From Lachnospiraceae bacterium (GTDB lineage Bacteria > Bacteroidota > Bacteroidia > Bacteroidales > Bacteroidaceae), in the NCBI GenBank assembly GCA_963588155.1, contig CAVAGT010000002.1, positions 8,091-72,090 on the forward strand: a stretch of 64,000 nt of DNA. Reading direction: 5' to 3'. Of this stretch, positions 26,533 through 36,704 are shown piece by piece (position 1 is the first letter of the stretch; each line of letters starts with the position of its first letter). The notes beneath the pieces were generated by a model that saw only the letters and a program-made list of their open reading frames with translations, searched no databases and was not told the DNA's origin. The position numbers and the translations under genes were made by a program.

Positions 26533-27750
26533 ATGACTGATGCCATAACATATTTGGAAAACTCCCACGAGCTGCGCCGCAACGTGTTGACAGGCGAGCT
26601 GCTCTATGCCGACGCCGACGGATGGCACAAGCTCTCGAAAGAGGGACGCAACACCATTATCTTGAACGCCATGCGCGACGGCGTGAGCCTGGATGAGGAG
26701 ACGCTGGACCGTTTTGTACACTCCACGCTCATCGAACAGTGGAACCCCGCGAGGCAATGGCTTGACGGGCTGCCCGAATGGGACGGCGAGGATCACGTGC
26801 TGGATCTCTCGCAACGCGTCATAACATCGAACCCCGATTGGGCGGAGCGCTTTCATAAATGGATGCTGCAGACCGTGGCACGCTGGATGGACATGGACGT
26901 GCCCCACAGGGACGTGATAGTGCCGGTAATAGTGGGGCAATGGGGCTATGGCAAGACGTCGTTCTGCTACCAACTCCTTCCGCCGGAGCTACGACTTTAT
27001 TATACCGACAAGATAAAGCTCAGCAACTCGGCAGAGGTTTACGAGCTCTTGACCACTAACCTGCTTGTCAACATAGATGAGTTTTACCAAGAAAGCACCC
27101 TACAGGAGCCGCTCGTGAGGTATCTCTTCTCACGCTCCACGCCTGTGTTTCGCCGACCATACGGCACCACGGAAGAGCCGCGCCGCCGATATGCCGGTTT
27201 CATAGCCACGACGGGAAACCTTCACCCCATGACCGACGCCGCAGGTGCCGCCCACCTCTTTTGCGTGGAGGCAGGGCGAAAGATAGACCTCTCGCCCATC
27301 CCCTACGAGCAGCTTTACGCGCAACTAAAGGAGGAGCTGGAGAGCGAGATGGACTTCACGCTAAGCGATGAAGAGCGCGAGCGCATGGCAGGGCAGAACT
27401 CGCCATTCGAGGAGGCAGACAACCTCGTGAAGATGGTGCGGCTGCTATACGCCAACCCTCCCAAGGGACAGAAAGCGAAAGCCGTGTACATAGACACCAT
27501 CATAGACAGGCTGATGCAGGAATACCCTTATTGGACCCCTGGCGAACACGTGAACCAGGACGTGGGCTTCGCCCTGCAAGACGCGGGATTCACGCGAAGC
27601 CGCATCCACGGACGCTCGTGCTACCGCATAGTGCCACGCGACCCGCGACGGCTCGACTTCACCGACGACAGCGCGGAAGAGAAGAAGAAAGACGAGTTTG
27701 CCGACAACCCATTGGCGCAGGCATTGCTGGCTGGACTAGGGAAAAGATAA
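26533..27750 (+). CDS. VapE/VirE-like P-loop NTPase domain protein
   Basis: WDGEDHV, Walker A GQWGYGKT, Walker B LLVNIDE, RRPYG, EQLYAQL. Own -7 element TATCTTTG at 26489-26496. Confidence 0.82.
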   Translation: MTDAITYLENSHELRRNVLTGELLYADADGWHKLSKEGRNTIILNAMRDGVSLDEETLDRFVHSTLIEQWNPARQWLDGLPEWDGEDHVLDLSQRVITSNPDWAERFHKWMLQTVARWMDMDVPHRDVIVPVIVGQWGYGKTSFCYQLLPPELRLYYTDKIKLSNSAEVYELLTTNLLVNIDEFYQESTLQEPLVRYLFSRSTPVFRRPYGTTEEPRRRYAGFIATTGNLHPMTDAAGAAHLFCVEAGRKIDLSPIPYEQLYAQLKEELESEMDFTLSDEERERMAGQNSPFEEADNLVKMVRLLYANPPKGQKAKAVYIDTIIDRLMQEYPYWTPGEHVNQDVGFALQDAGFTRSRIHGRSCYRIVPRDPRRLDFTDDSAEEKKKDEFADNPLAQALLAGLGKR

Positions 27751-27796
27751 GACTCGCACAACTTGACAAACAAGAAAGAACAGACAAGAATACATA

Positions 27797-30463
27797 ATGA
27801 AAAGCTCAGACAAATCCCTCACACCGATGATGCGCCAGTTTTTCTCGATGAAATCGAAGCATCCTGACGCGTTGCTGCTATTCCGCTGTGGCGACTTCTA
27901 TGAGACCTACTGCGAGGATGCCGTGGAAGCGGCGAGGGTTCTTGGCATTACCCTCACCAAACGCAACAACGGCGCGTCGGCTGGAGCCGAGATGGCAGGA
28001 TTTCCGCATCATGCACTCGACACTTACCTGCCAAAACTCATAAGGGCGGGAAAGCGTGTGGCGATATGCGACCAACTGGAGGATCCGAAGAAGAAACGCG
28101 CCATGATAAAGGGCAAGAAGGGCCTCACGGAGATGGACAAGATGGTGAAGCGTGGCATAACGGAACTCGTCACGCCGGGCATAGCCATGAGCGACAACGT
28201 GCTCAACTACAAGGAAAACAACTTTCTTGCCGCCGTACACTTTGGCAAGGCATCGTGCGGCATAAGCTTTCTCGACATTTCCACAGGAGAGTTTCTCACG
28301 GGACAAGGCACCTACGACTACGTGGAGAAGCTCATCGGGAACTTCTCACCCAAGGAGGTGCTCTACGACAAGACGCGCCGCAAGGACTTCGAGAAATATT
28401 TCGGCACCAAGCAGACCATATTCGAGCTCGACGACTGGGTGTTCACCGAACAGAACGCGCGGCAGAAGCTGCTGAAACACTTCGGCACGAAGTCGCTGAA
28501 GGGATTTGGCGTGGAGCATCTCAAGGACGGCATCGTGGCATCGGGCGCGATAATGCAATACCTGGAGCTGACGCAGCACACCAACATAAACCATATCACC
28601 GCCCTGAAACGTATCGAGGAAGACAAGTACGTGCGGTTGGACAAGTTCACCATCCGCTCGCTGGAGCTCCTGCAGCCAATGCAGGAAGACGGCAAGTCGC
28701 TGCTCAACGTCATCGACCGTACCATTACCCCGATGGGCGGAAGAATGCTTCGCAGGTGGGTCGTGTTCCCTCTGAAGGACGTGAGGCACATCAACGACCG
28801 ACTCAACGTGGTGGAATACTTCTTCAAGGCCCCGAACTTCAGGCAGATAATAGACGAGCAACTGCATAGGATCGGCGACTTGGAACGCATTATATCAAAA
28901 GTGGCAGTGGGCAGGGTAACGCCGCGCGAGGTGGTGCAACTGAAGACGGCGTTGCAGGCAATACAACCTATTAAGTCGGCTTGCCTGTATGCCAACAACG
29001 ACAGCCTGAAACGCCTCGGCGAGCAGATGAACCTCTGCGAGAGCCTGCGCGACAGGATAGAGAAGGAGATACAACCCGACCCGCCACAACTCGTCTCGAA
29101 AGGCGATGTCATAGCCGAGGGATACAACCCGCAACTCGACGAGCTAAGGCATATATCGCGCGGCGGCAAGGACTACCTCTTGGAGATACAACAGCGTGAG
29201 GCCGAGGCAACAGGCATTTCGTCGTTGAAAGTGGGCTACAACAACGTGTTTGGCTACTACCTTGAAGTGCGCAACACTTTCAAGGAACACGTGCCGGCCG
29301 ACTGGATAAGGAAGCAGACCCTGGCGCAAGCCGAGAGATACATCACGCCAGAGCTCAAGCAATATGAGGAGAAAATACTCGGGGCAGACGAGAAGATACT
29401 GGAGCTTGAGTCGCAACTGTTCGCGGAGCTGATCGTAGACATGCAGGAGTTTATTCCGCAAATACAAATCAATGCCAACATCCTCGCCCATATCGACACG
29501 CTTCTCTCGTTTGCCAAAGTGTCGGAAGACAACGCATACGTGAGGCCCGTGGTCGACGACACCACCGTGCTCGACATTCACCAAGGCCGCCACGCCGTGA
29601 TAGAGACTCAGCTTCCCATCGGCGAGCGTTACGTACCCAACGACATGTACCTCGACACGGAGAAACAGCAGGTAATGATGATAACCGGTCCCAACATGGC
29701 AGGTAAGTCGGCACTCCTGCGCCAGACCGCCATCATCGTGCTGTTGGCGCAGATTGGCTGCTTCGTGCCTGCCGAGAGCGCGAGGACAGGACTCGTGGAC
29801 AAGATATTCACGAGGGTCGGCGCGAGCGACAACCTCTCGCTTGGCGAATCCACGTTCATGGTGGAGATGACCGAAGCTGCCGACATCCTTAACAACGTGT
29901 CGCCACGCTCACTAGTGCTCTTCGACGAGCTCGGCAGAGGCACATCCACATACGACGGCATATCCATAGCCTGGGCTATAGTGGAATACCTGCATGAACA
30001 CCATGGCTCACAAGCGCGCACGCTCTTTGCCACCCACTATCACGAGCTAAACGAGATGGAGAAGCATTTCCATCGCATAAAAAACTACAACGTGGCGGTG
30101 AAGGAAATAGACGGAAAGGTGATTTTCCTACGCAAGCTCATGCCTGGCGGATCGGAGCACTCCTTTGGTATTCACGTGGCAGAGATGGCGGGAATGCCGC
30201 GCTCAATCGTGAACCGTGCCAACGACGTGTTGAAAGAACTGGAGGCTGACAACGCAGAAGTGGGCAACGCGGGCAAGGCAAAGGTGGAAAACATTGGAAA
30301 GGACCGAGACGGCGTACAACTCAACATTTTCCAACTCGACGACCCTGTGCTAAAACAAGTGCGCGACGAGATTCTTGAACTTGACATCAACAACCTCACG
30401 CCTGTGGACGCGCTCAACAAGCTCAACGAGATAAAGAAGATCGTGACCGGAAAGTCAAGCTGA
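27797..30463 (+). CDS. mutS: DNA mismatch repair protein MutS
   Basis: [45 protein letters not shown]. Confidence 0.98.
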   Translation: MKSSDKSLTPMMRQFFSMKSKHPDALLLFRCGDFYETYCEDAVEAARVLGITLTKRNNGASAGAEMAGFPHHALDTYLPKLIRAGKRVAICDQLEDPKKKRAMIKGKKGLTEMDKMVKRGITELVTPGIAMSDNVLNYKENNFLAAVHFGKASCGISFLDISTGEFLTGQGTYDYVEKLIGNFSPKEVLYDKTRRKDFEKYFGTKQTIFELDDWVFTEQNARQKLLKHFGTKSLKGFGVEHLKDGIVASGAIMQYLELTQHTNINHITALKRIEEDKYVRLDKFTIRSLELLQPMQEDGKSLLNVIDRTITPMGGRMLRRWVVFPLKDVRHINDRLNVVEYFFKAPNFRQIIDEQLHRIGDLERIISKVAVGRVTPREVVQLKTALQAIQPIKSACLYANNDSLKRLGEQMNLCESLRDRIEKEIQPDPPQLVSKGDVIAEGYNPQLDELRHISRGGKDYLLEIQQREAEATGISSLKVGYNNVFGYYLEVRNTFKEHVPADWIRKQTLAQAERYITPELKQYEEKILGADEKILELESQLFAELIVDMQEFIPQIQINANILAHIDTLLSFAKVSEDNAYVRPVVDDTTVLDIHQGRHAVIETQLPIGERYVPNDMYLDTEKQQVMMITGPNMAGKSALLRQTAIIVLLAQIGCFVPAESARTGLVDKIFTRVGASDNLSLGESTFMVEMTEAADILNNVSPRSLVLFDELGRGTSTYDGISIAWAIVEYLHEHHGSQARTLFATHYHELNEMEKHFHRIKNYNVAVKEIDGKVIFLRKLMPGGSEHSFGIHVAEMAGMPRSIVNRANDVLKELEADNAEVGNAGKAKVENIGKDRDGVQLNIFQLDDPVLKQVRDEILELDINNLTPVDALNKLNEIKKIVTGKSS

Positions 30464-30513
30464 ATCCACGGCACAGAACAAAACGTGTCCTAAACACGGA
30501 CATCATGATGAAG

Positions 30514-30564
30514 ATAAATGAAAAATCCCTGTTACCGATATGGCAACAGGGATTTTTCATTTAT
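30514..30564. terminator. bidirectional terminator between convergent mutS and secDF
   Basis: ATAAATGAAAAATCCCTGTTACC...GGCAACAGGGATTTTTCATTTAT long inverted repeat with A/T tails. Confidence 0.88.
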
Positions 30565-30579
30565 ATATAAACAATGTGT

Positions 30580-33500
30580 TTATGCCTTGACTGGCTCGGC
30601 AGCTACAACCTCACCATTGTCGTGCATATGGTTGATCTTCTTGCCCAACACGATGTAAGCGATAGGTGAAGCAAGGAAGATAGAACTCAATGTACCAACT
30701 ACCACACCAATGATCATTGCGAACGAGAACGAACGGATAGAGTCACCGCCAAGGATGAAGATGGCGAGCAACACGATCAACGTAGAGAGTGAGGTGTTGA
30801 TAGTACGCGCGAGGGTCTCGTTGATAGAGTCGTTGAACAACTTCTGCTTGTCCTCCTTAGGATGCAAGCGGAGATTCTCACGAATACGGTCGAACACCAC
30901 CACAGAGTCGTTGATGTCGTAACCAATCACCGTAAGGATAGCACCGATAAACGTCTGGTCAATCTCAAGCGAGAAGCCTATCCAGCCGTAGCAGAGCGAG
31001 AAGAGACCGACGACAACCATCGTATCGATGGCCAAAGCCACGATTGAACCCACAGAGAAACCTACGTTGCGGAAACGGAGCAAGATATAGAGGAAGATGC
31101 AGATCAATGCCAAGCCAACGCTTATGATAGCGTTCCTCGTAATGTCCTTAGCCACCGAAGGTCCTACCTTTGAAGAGCTGATGATTGAGCCACCTTGACG
31201 GATGTCTGGGTTCTTGAACGCTACGACACTTGACTGGGTCACGAAGCCACTCTTGTGGAGTGCTGAGTAAAGTATAGTCTCGGCCTTGTCGTCAGCGTTA
31301 GGATCGTTGCTGTCAATGTCCCAGTTGGTGCTCACACGGATGGTCTTGCCATCTGTGCCAAGGGCGATAACCGTTGTCGTGGCAAGCTTACCCTTGTCAG
31401 AGCCTGTGGTATTGACGAAGGCATTCTGCAGCACAGGACGCACATCCTCAACAGGAACCGACTTGTTGAGTGTCACCACATAGTTGCGACCACCAGTGAA
31501 GTCGATGCTCTGGCTCAAGCCGCGGATTGCGAAGCTGGCAACACAAATGACGATTACCACAGCATACACGGCGAAGCTCACCTTGTACATCGACATGAAA
31601 CGATACTTGGTGTTCTGCATGAGGTTCTTTGAGAAACCAGTCCAGAACTTCAAGTGCATCCACTTGCCATGGTTGAGCTTGTACTCATAAAGCAGGCGAG
31701 TGAGATAAATGGCGGTAAAGAAGTTACAAACGATACCAATGATCCAAGTGGTGGCGAAACCACGGATAGGTCCTGTACCTACCACGAGAAGGATGATACC
31801 TGTAATCAATGATGTGAGGTTGGAGTCGAAGATGGCAGAGAAGGCGTTGCTATAACCCTCGGAAATAGCTTTCCTCATGTCCTTGCCCTTGCGGAGCTCC
31901 TCCTTGATACGTTCATAAACAAGCACGTTGGCGTCTACCGCAGTACCCAACGAAAGCACCATACCCGCAATACCGCTCATGGTCAATGCAGCCTGGAATG
32001 ATGTCAGGATGCCAAGCGTGAAGAACACGTTGATCAACAACGCACCGATAGCGATAGAACCAGGAATGATATTGTAGATTGCGAGCATGAAGACAATCAG
32101 CAACACGAAAGCCACGACGAAAGAGATGATACCCTGCTGGATTGACTGAGCGCCGAGCGTAGGACCTACGACCTCTTCCTGGACTATATGGGCAGGAGCC
32201 GGCATACGACCGGAATTAAGAGTGTTGGCAAGGTCCTTTGTGTCCTGCACTGAGAAGTTGCCGCTGATAGAGCTTTGTCCACCGCTGATCTCGCCATTTA
32301 CGCGAGGAGCTGAGTAAACAACGTTGTCGAGGGTGATGGCGATAGCCTTGCCCACGTTTGCCTTTGTCAACTCTGCCCAACGGCGTGCGCCCTCAGAGTT
32401 CATTGTCATGGAAACCTCTGGCTGGCCAGTGAGCTGGTTAAACTCATCCTTTGCCTGCACAACAACGTCACCCTCCAACGGAGCGCGACCGCTTGTCGTA
32501 GTGACCTTCAAGGCGTGCAACTCAAAGATGTTCTTAGCCTGGATGCCATCAGCTGGCTTCGCACTCCAAAGGAGCTTGAGGTCGCTTGGCAGGATTTGCT
32601 TGGCAAGGGCGCTATAGATAATCTTATTGATAGCAGCAGTGTCGCGCACGCTGGCATATCCGCAAACGCTCAGGCCCTGACCTGTGGTCTGCAGCATGGC
32701 GAGCAGCGGGTGCATTTTCTTTGCCTCCTCAAGCTGTGCGTCAGGAGTTGCCTTGATGTCCTTCTTGGCATCTTTGCCATTCTTGATTTGGAACTTTGGC
32801 TTCTCTTGCTTTGCCTGCTTTACCTCCTTCTCGGCAGTAGCCTTCGCTGCGGCTACTTCCTTCTCGGTCTCGGTAGAGTCAGAAACTGTTTTCTCGTCGG
32901 CATCGCCATTTGCGACACGCTGGTCGAGCTGAGTCAGATAAGGAAGCACCTCGTCGGCGTTGTAAGTCTCCCAGAACTCCAGGTTGGCAGAACCCTGCAA
33001 AAGCTTACGCATGCGCTCGGGCTCACGGATACCAGGCATCTCAACCGAGATGCGGCCCTCAGTTCCCTGTACCTTCTGGATATTGGGCTGCACCACGCCA
33101 AACTGGTCGATACGTGTGCGAACCACATTGAAAGAGTTGTCGATGGCTGCAGACACCTCTGAGCGAAGGGTCTTCTCCACCTCGCTGTCAGTGCTGGTCG
33201 GAGATACCTTACCTTGCAGCTCTGTTGTGGCGAACACCTCTGCAAGCTTATGGCCAGGGGCGTTCTTGTGGTAAGCGTTGATGAAAAGAGTGATGAAGTC
33301 GCCCTGTGTGGCTTGCAACTCCTTGCGAGCCTCTTCCATGGAACGAGTGAAGGCGATGTCGGTCTTGTGATCGGCAAGATTCTCCACCACGTCGGGCACA
33401 GAGATCTCGAGGATCACATTCATACCGCCCTTAAGGTCCAGACCCAGACCAATCTGAGTCTCGAGACACTTCTGGTAGCTGTAGATGCCAAGATACTTCA

Positions 33501-33651
33501 CAGAATCCTTGTAATCCTGCTGGGCAACGGCATCGGACCGCTTGGCCGCCTGACTGTCATAATAGCTTGTGGCAATCGGGAAGCTCAAATAGAAGAGGCT
33601 CACGAGAGTCAGAAGAACGGCTGTCGTGATTACGATTCCTTTGTTTTGCAT
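30580..33651 (-). CDS. secDF: protein translocase subunit SecDF
   Basis: LGLDLKGG, VGPTLG, AVDANVL, IDFTGG, GYDINDSVVVFDRIRE. -7 element TAACTTTG at 33707-33714. Confidence 0.97.
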   Translation of the reverse strand: MQNKGIVITTAVLLTLVSLFYLSFPIATSYYDSQAAKRSDAVAQQDYKDSVKYLGIYSYQKCLETQIGLGLDLKGGMNVILEISVPDVVENLADHKTDIAFTRSMEEARKELQATQGDFITLFINAYHKNAPGHKLAEVFATTELQGKVSPTSTDSEVEKTLRSEVSAAIDNSFNVVRTRIDQFGVVQPNIQKVQGTEGRISVEMPGIREPERMRKLLQGSANLEFWETYNADEVLPYLTQLDQRVANGDADEKTVSDSTETEKEVAAAKATAEKEVKQAKQEKPKFQIKNGKDAKKDIKATPDAQLEEAKKMHPLLAMLQTTGQGLSVCGYASVRDTAAINKIIYSALAKQILPSDLKLLWSAKPADGIQAKNIFELHALKVTTTSGRAPLEGDVVVQAKDEFNQLTGQPEVSMTMNSEGARRWAELTKANVGKAIAITLDNVVYSAPRVNGEISGGQSSISGNFSVQDTKDLANTLNSGRMPAPAHIVQEEVVGPTLGAQSIQQGIISFVVAFVLLIVFMLAIYNIIPGSIAIGALLINVFFTLGILTSFQAALTMSGIAGMVLSLGTAVDANVLVYERIKEELRKGKDMRKAISEGYSNAFSAIFDSNLTSLITGIILLVVGTGPIRGFATTWIIGIVCNFFTAIYLTRLLYEYKLNHGKWMHLKFWTGFSKNLMQNTKYRFMSMYKVSFAVYAVVIVICVASFAIRGLSQSIDFTGGRNYVVTLNKSVPVEDVRPVLQNAFVNTTGSDKGKLATTTVIALGTDGKTIRVSTNWDIDSNDPNADDKAETILYSALHKSGFVTQSSVVAFKNPDIRQGGSIISSSKVGPSVAKDITRNAIISVGLALICIFLYILLRFRNVGFSVGSIVALAIDTMVVVGLFSLCYGWIGFSLEIDQTFIGAILTVIGYDINDSVVVFDRIRENLRLHPKEDKQKLFNDSINETLARTINTSLSTLIVLLAIFILGGDSIRSFSFAMIIGVVVGTLSSIFLASPIAYIVLGKKINHMHDNGEVVAAEPVKA

Positions 33652-33753
33652 TGTGTTTGTTAGTTATTTTTTGTTGTTTTTATTTCACTAAAATATATAA
33701 TATGTGCAAAGTTACAAGTTTTTTTAGTTTATAATGAATAAAAGTATGGAAAT

Positions 33754-34821
33754 TTAAAGTTTAAGCCAGCACATTATAGGATAATGGTCTGAATTTTTAA
33801 TGGAATTGTCCACTTTGCAAGCATAGGGCTTAAAGTCAGGTGTGCAAAGTATGTTGTCGATCCTGACATATATCCTCGACTCATGGTAGCTTATGCCTGG
33901 GCCGTTGCCGCTCTCCACATAGCAGTCTACAAGTCCCTTGGATATGGTACGGTGCGCATAAGAGAGCGGCGTGTCGTTGAAATCGCCGCAAACAATCATC
34001 GGCACTCCACGATGATAGGCTATATATCTTGCCACGGCTTCAGCCTCTGGAGCGCGCTTCTTGGTTTGCCTGCCAAGGTGGTTTATAAGCCATTTCGACG
34101 TGCGGGTCACCGACTTTCCGCCAAGCTCGCCTTTAATGAGTTGCTGAAACTGCCCCTTGTCATCAAGAGACAATCCCGCGGTCTCAAGGTGGTTGTTCAC
34201 GACGATGATGTCACGGTGGCGCACCCTCAACTTGAAAGCGCAACTCATGTTGCCTTTCGATGGATAGCGTATGTGCTCCTTGGAGAGTATGGGATACTTG
34301 GAAAAGATTGTCATGAAATCGCTCTTGTTGGTGGCGGTGTCCTTATACTCGTAGAACTTTCCCAATATAGAGTCCACCTGCACGCTGCCGACCTCGTTCT
34401 CCGCCGATTCTTGTAGGCAAACGATGTCGGCATTCTGGCGTTTAATATATTGGAGAATGGCATTCGGCTTGTCTCGATCCTCCCATCCTGCATAACTAAA
34501 CACGTTATACGACAACACCTTGATGCTTCCCTCTGGTGGGTCGGAGGGGAAGTTGAAAGGGCAATATTTCCTCACCGGACCATGACACACGATGAAGCCC
34601 AGCAAAGGTATGATGACCATCTTGACCTTTACCAACGCCCAGAAAACGAGGAAGAAGACATTGATGGCAAGAACGACGGGGAAGAACAGTCCCATGGTGC
34701 TCAACTTAGGCCACACCGTGGGATCCACCTTGTCGGCGTTGCCAATGAGCAGCATCAACAGGATGGAAGCCACGTTGGCCCCACCTATTGCCTGAAAAGC
34801 TACACGCGAGATTTTATTCAT
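33754..34821 (-). CDS. endonuclease/exonuclease/phosphatase family protein, N-terminal membrane anchor
   Basis: KVLSYNV, DIVCLQE, CGDFND, RIDNI, SDHYP. Confidence 0.92.
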   Translation of the reverse strand: MNKISRVAFQAIGGANVASILLMLLIGNADKVDPTVWPKLSTMGLFFPVVLAINVFFLVFWALVKVKMVIIPLLGFIVCHGPVRKYCPFNFPSDPPEGSIKVLSYNVFSYAGWEDRDKPNAILQYIKRQNADIVCLQESAENEVGSVQVDSILGKFYEYKDTATNKSDFMTIFSKYPILSKEHIRYPSKGNMSCAFKLRVRHRDIIVVNNHLETAGLSLDDKGQFQQLIKGELGGKSVTRTSKWLINHLGRQTKKRAPEAEAVARYIAYHRGVPMIVCGDFNDTPLSYAHRTISKGLVDCYVESGNGPGISYHESRIYVRIDNILCTPDFKPYACKVDNSIKNSDHYPIMCWLKL

Positions 34822-35711
34822 TTTTTGCTTTGGTCGAAGAGCGTCTGCTTCTCGTCACGCGTCAAGCTATCGTAGCCGCTCTTGCGTATCTTGTCAAGAA
34901 TGCGGTCAACTTCCTCTTGCTTAGCCCTTTTGTTGGCGTTATAGTCCCAGTCTGGATTATCATTACGCTGACGTTTCGCCTTGTTTTGCTCCCACTTGTT
35001 TCTCATGTTGCTGAAAATCTGCGAGCCGCCTTGCATGCCACCACTGTAAGGATGACGCTGCCAATACTTTATCAAGAAGAAACCAAATATCATGCCACCA
35101 AGGTGTGCGATATGGGCAACCTGTGAACCGGGTTGTGCAAGGGCAGAGAAGAACTCCACGGCTATCGAGCCAAGCACCATCCATTTTGCCTTGATGGGGA
35201 TGGGAATGGGGATGATGAACATTCGCTCATCGGGGAACATCATGCCAAAGGCGAGAAGCAACGAATAGATGGCGCCGGAAGCGCCCACCGTGGTCCACTG
35301 GCTCAATGCCGAATCGTTGGCGGCTGCCAGTTGCAACAGTTGGGAAAAGCCAAAGCCCGCGTCGGAAGAGATGACATAAAACTGCACAAACTGGGCTATC
35401 TCTTGCATCAATCCCGCGCCAATGCCACAAAAAAGGTAATAGACCATGAAACGACGCGGACCCCACACGCGCTCCATCACAGAGCCGAACATCCACAACA
35501 TGAACATATTGAGGATGATATGCTCCCAACCGCCATGCATGAACATGTAGGTGACGAGCTGATAGACATGGAAGTCTGTGGCAAGCAGGAAGTGCAGTCC
35601 AAACAAGGAGTTGAGATCTGTCATTCCACCTTGCTTCAGAGCGAGCATGGCTACGAAACACAAGAAATTCACGATAATGAGGTTGCGCGTTAGCGCTGGC
35701 ATTCTAAGCAT
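34818..35711 (-). CDS. rhomboid family intramembrane serine protease with DUF6576-like C-terminal tail
   Basis: HGGWEHIILNM, GASG catalytic Ser, AHLGG His; tail EVDRILDKIRKSGYDSLT. Confidence 0.92.
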   Translation of the reverse strand: MLRMPALTRNLIIVNFLCFVAMLALKQGGMTDLNSLFGLHFLLATDFHVYQLVTYMFMHGGWEHIILNMFMLWMFGSVMERVWGPRRFMVYYLFCGIGAGLMQEIAQFVQFYVISSDAGFGFSQLLQLAAANDSALSQWTTVGASGAIYSLLLAFGMMFPDERMFIIPIPIPIKAKWMVLGSIAVEFFSALAQPGSQVAHIAHLGGMIFGFFLIKYWQRHPYSGGMQGGSQIFSNMRNKWEQNKAKRQRNDNPDWDYNANKRAKQEEVDRILDKIRKSGYDSLTRDEKQTLFDQSKK

Positions 35712-35860
35712 AATGACTATAATATTCTATTTTCCAACCACCTTATATCACCAAAGAGGCGGCACAGATGCAAAATTACGAAAAAAAGCCCTTAAACGCC
35801 CATCTCTCACGGCTTTTACCACTTTTTTAAGCCTTTTATGCCATTTTTCTTTTCTTTTTG

Positions 35861-35891
35861 TTTGCAGATTAAAACTATTGCATTATATTTG
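35861..35891 (+). promoter_or_regulatory. hup promoter (TTTG-N19-TATATTTG); a divergent -7 for the rhomboid gene lies at 35771-35778
   Basis: Canonical Bacteroidetes -33/-7 pair. Confidence 0.75.
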
Positions 35892-35941
35892 TCGCAGAAT
35901 AAGGTATTTAGGACAAATCACATATAAACTATATTACAATT

Positions 35942-36217
35942 ATGACAAAAGCAGATCTCATCAAGAAGATTTCAGTAGCTGCCGGTATCAACGCAACGGA
36001 GGCCAAGCAAGCCCTCGACGCTACCACGGAGGCCATCAAGCAGGCCCTCGCCGCAGGCGAAAAGGTTCAGCTCCTCGGTTTCGGCACTTTCTCTGTCAAC
36101 GAGCGTCCCGCACGTGATGGCAAGAACCCGCTCACTGGCGCGCCCTTACACATCGAGGCCAAGAAGGTAGCCAAGTTCAAGGCTGGCGCCGACCTCGAGA
36201 AGCTGCTCAACGCATAA
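35942..36217 (+). CDS. hup: HU family DNA-binding protein
   Basis: MTKADLI, GFGTFSVNERPARDGKNPLTG, KFKAG; 91 aa. Confidence 0.96.
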   Translation: MTKADLIKKISVAAGINATEAKQALDATTEAIKQALAAGEKVQLLGFGTFSVNERPARDGKNPLTGAPLHIEAKKVAKFKAGADLEKLLNA

Positions 36218-36252
36218 GCATCCGCAACAACCAAGAAAAGAATCAAACCAAA

Positions 36253-36290
36253 TACGCCCCGGAAAAGCCAAACGGCATTTCCGGGGCGTA
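36253..36290. terminator. GC-rich hairpin downstream of hup (possibly bidirectional terminator)
   Basis: TACGCCCCGGAAA...TTTCCGGGGCGTA perfect 13-bp arms. Confidence 0.75.
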
Positions 36291-36469
36291 GCGTTTTCGC
36301 ATCGGTGTTACTTTTGCCTCGCCACAAAGGCAAGGTACACAAGTTGCGTAAATTCAACAAATGATTGCAAATTTATGCAACTATTTCGCAAAAGGCATGA
36401 TATTACAGTTTAAAATACCTCCTGTCGTGCAAAAAAATCACACAAAAAAAGACGAAAGATGCTCAATTA

Positions 36470-36501
36470 TTTGCGCAATTCATCTGTAAGGCGTAATTTT
36501 G
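36470..36501 (+). promoter_or_regulatory. promoter for susC2 (TTTG-N20-TAATTTTG)
   Basis: -33 at 36470-36473 and -7 at 36494-36501; implies a ~195-nt leader. Confidence 0.65.
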
Positions 36502-36704
36502 CAGATGGGGAATTCGGCAAATCATCAAAACTATTAACAATAAAATAGTTTTATCCTTATCCTCGTCACGTGACATATCGTTGTAGGATAGAACGTTATA
36601 CCATTTGACGCACGTTTTTCTCGTTAAGACTTCATGTCGGCAAATGGTGAAAATAATTGCAGAACAATAATAAATATTAGATTCAGAAAATCCAAATTAT
36701 CAAA

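Noticed and set aside
26533..27750. Prophage or integrative element around the VapE-like gene
   Set aside because: No integrase, att repeats or other phage/mobilisation genes; the flanks are housekeeping genes.
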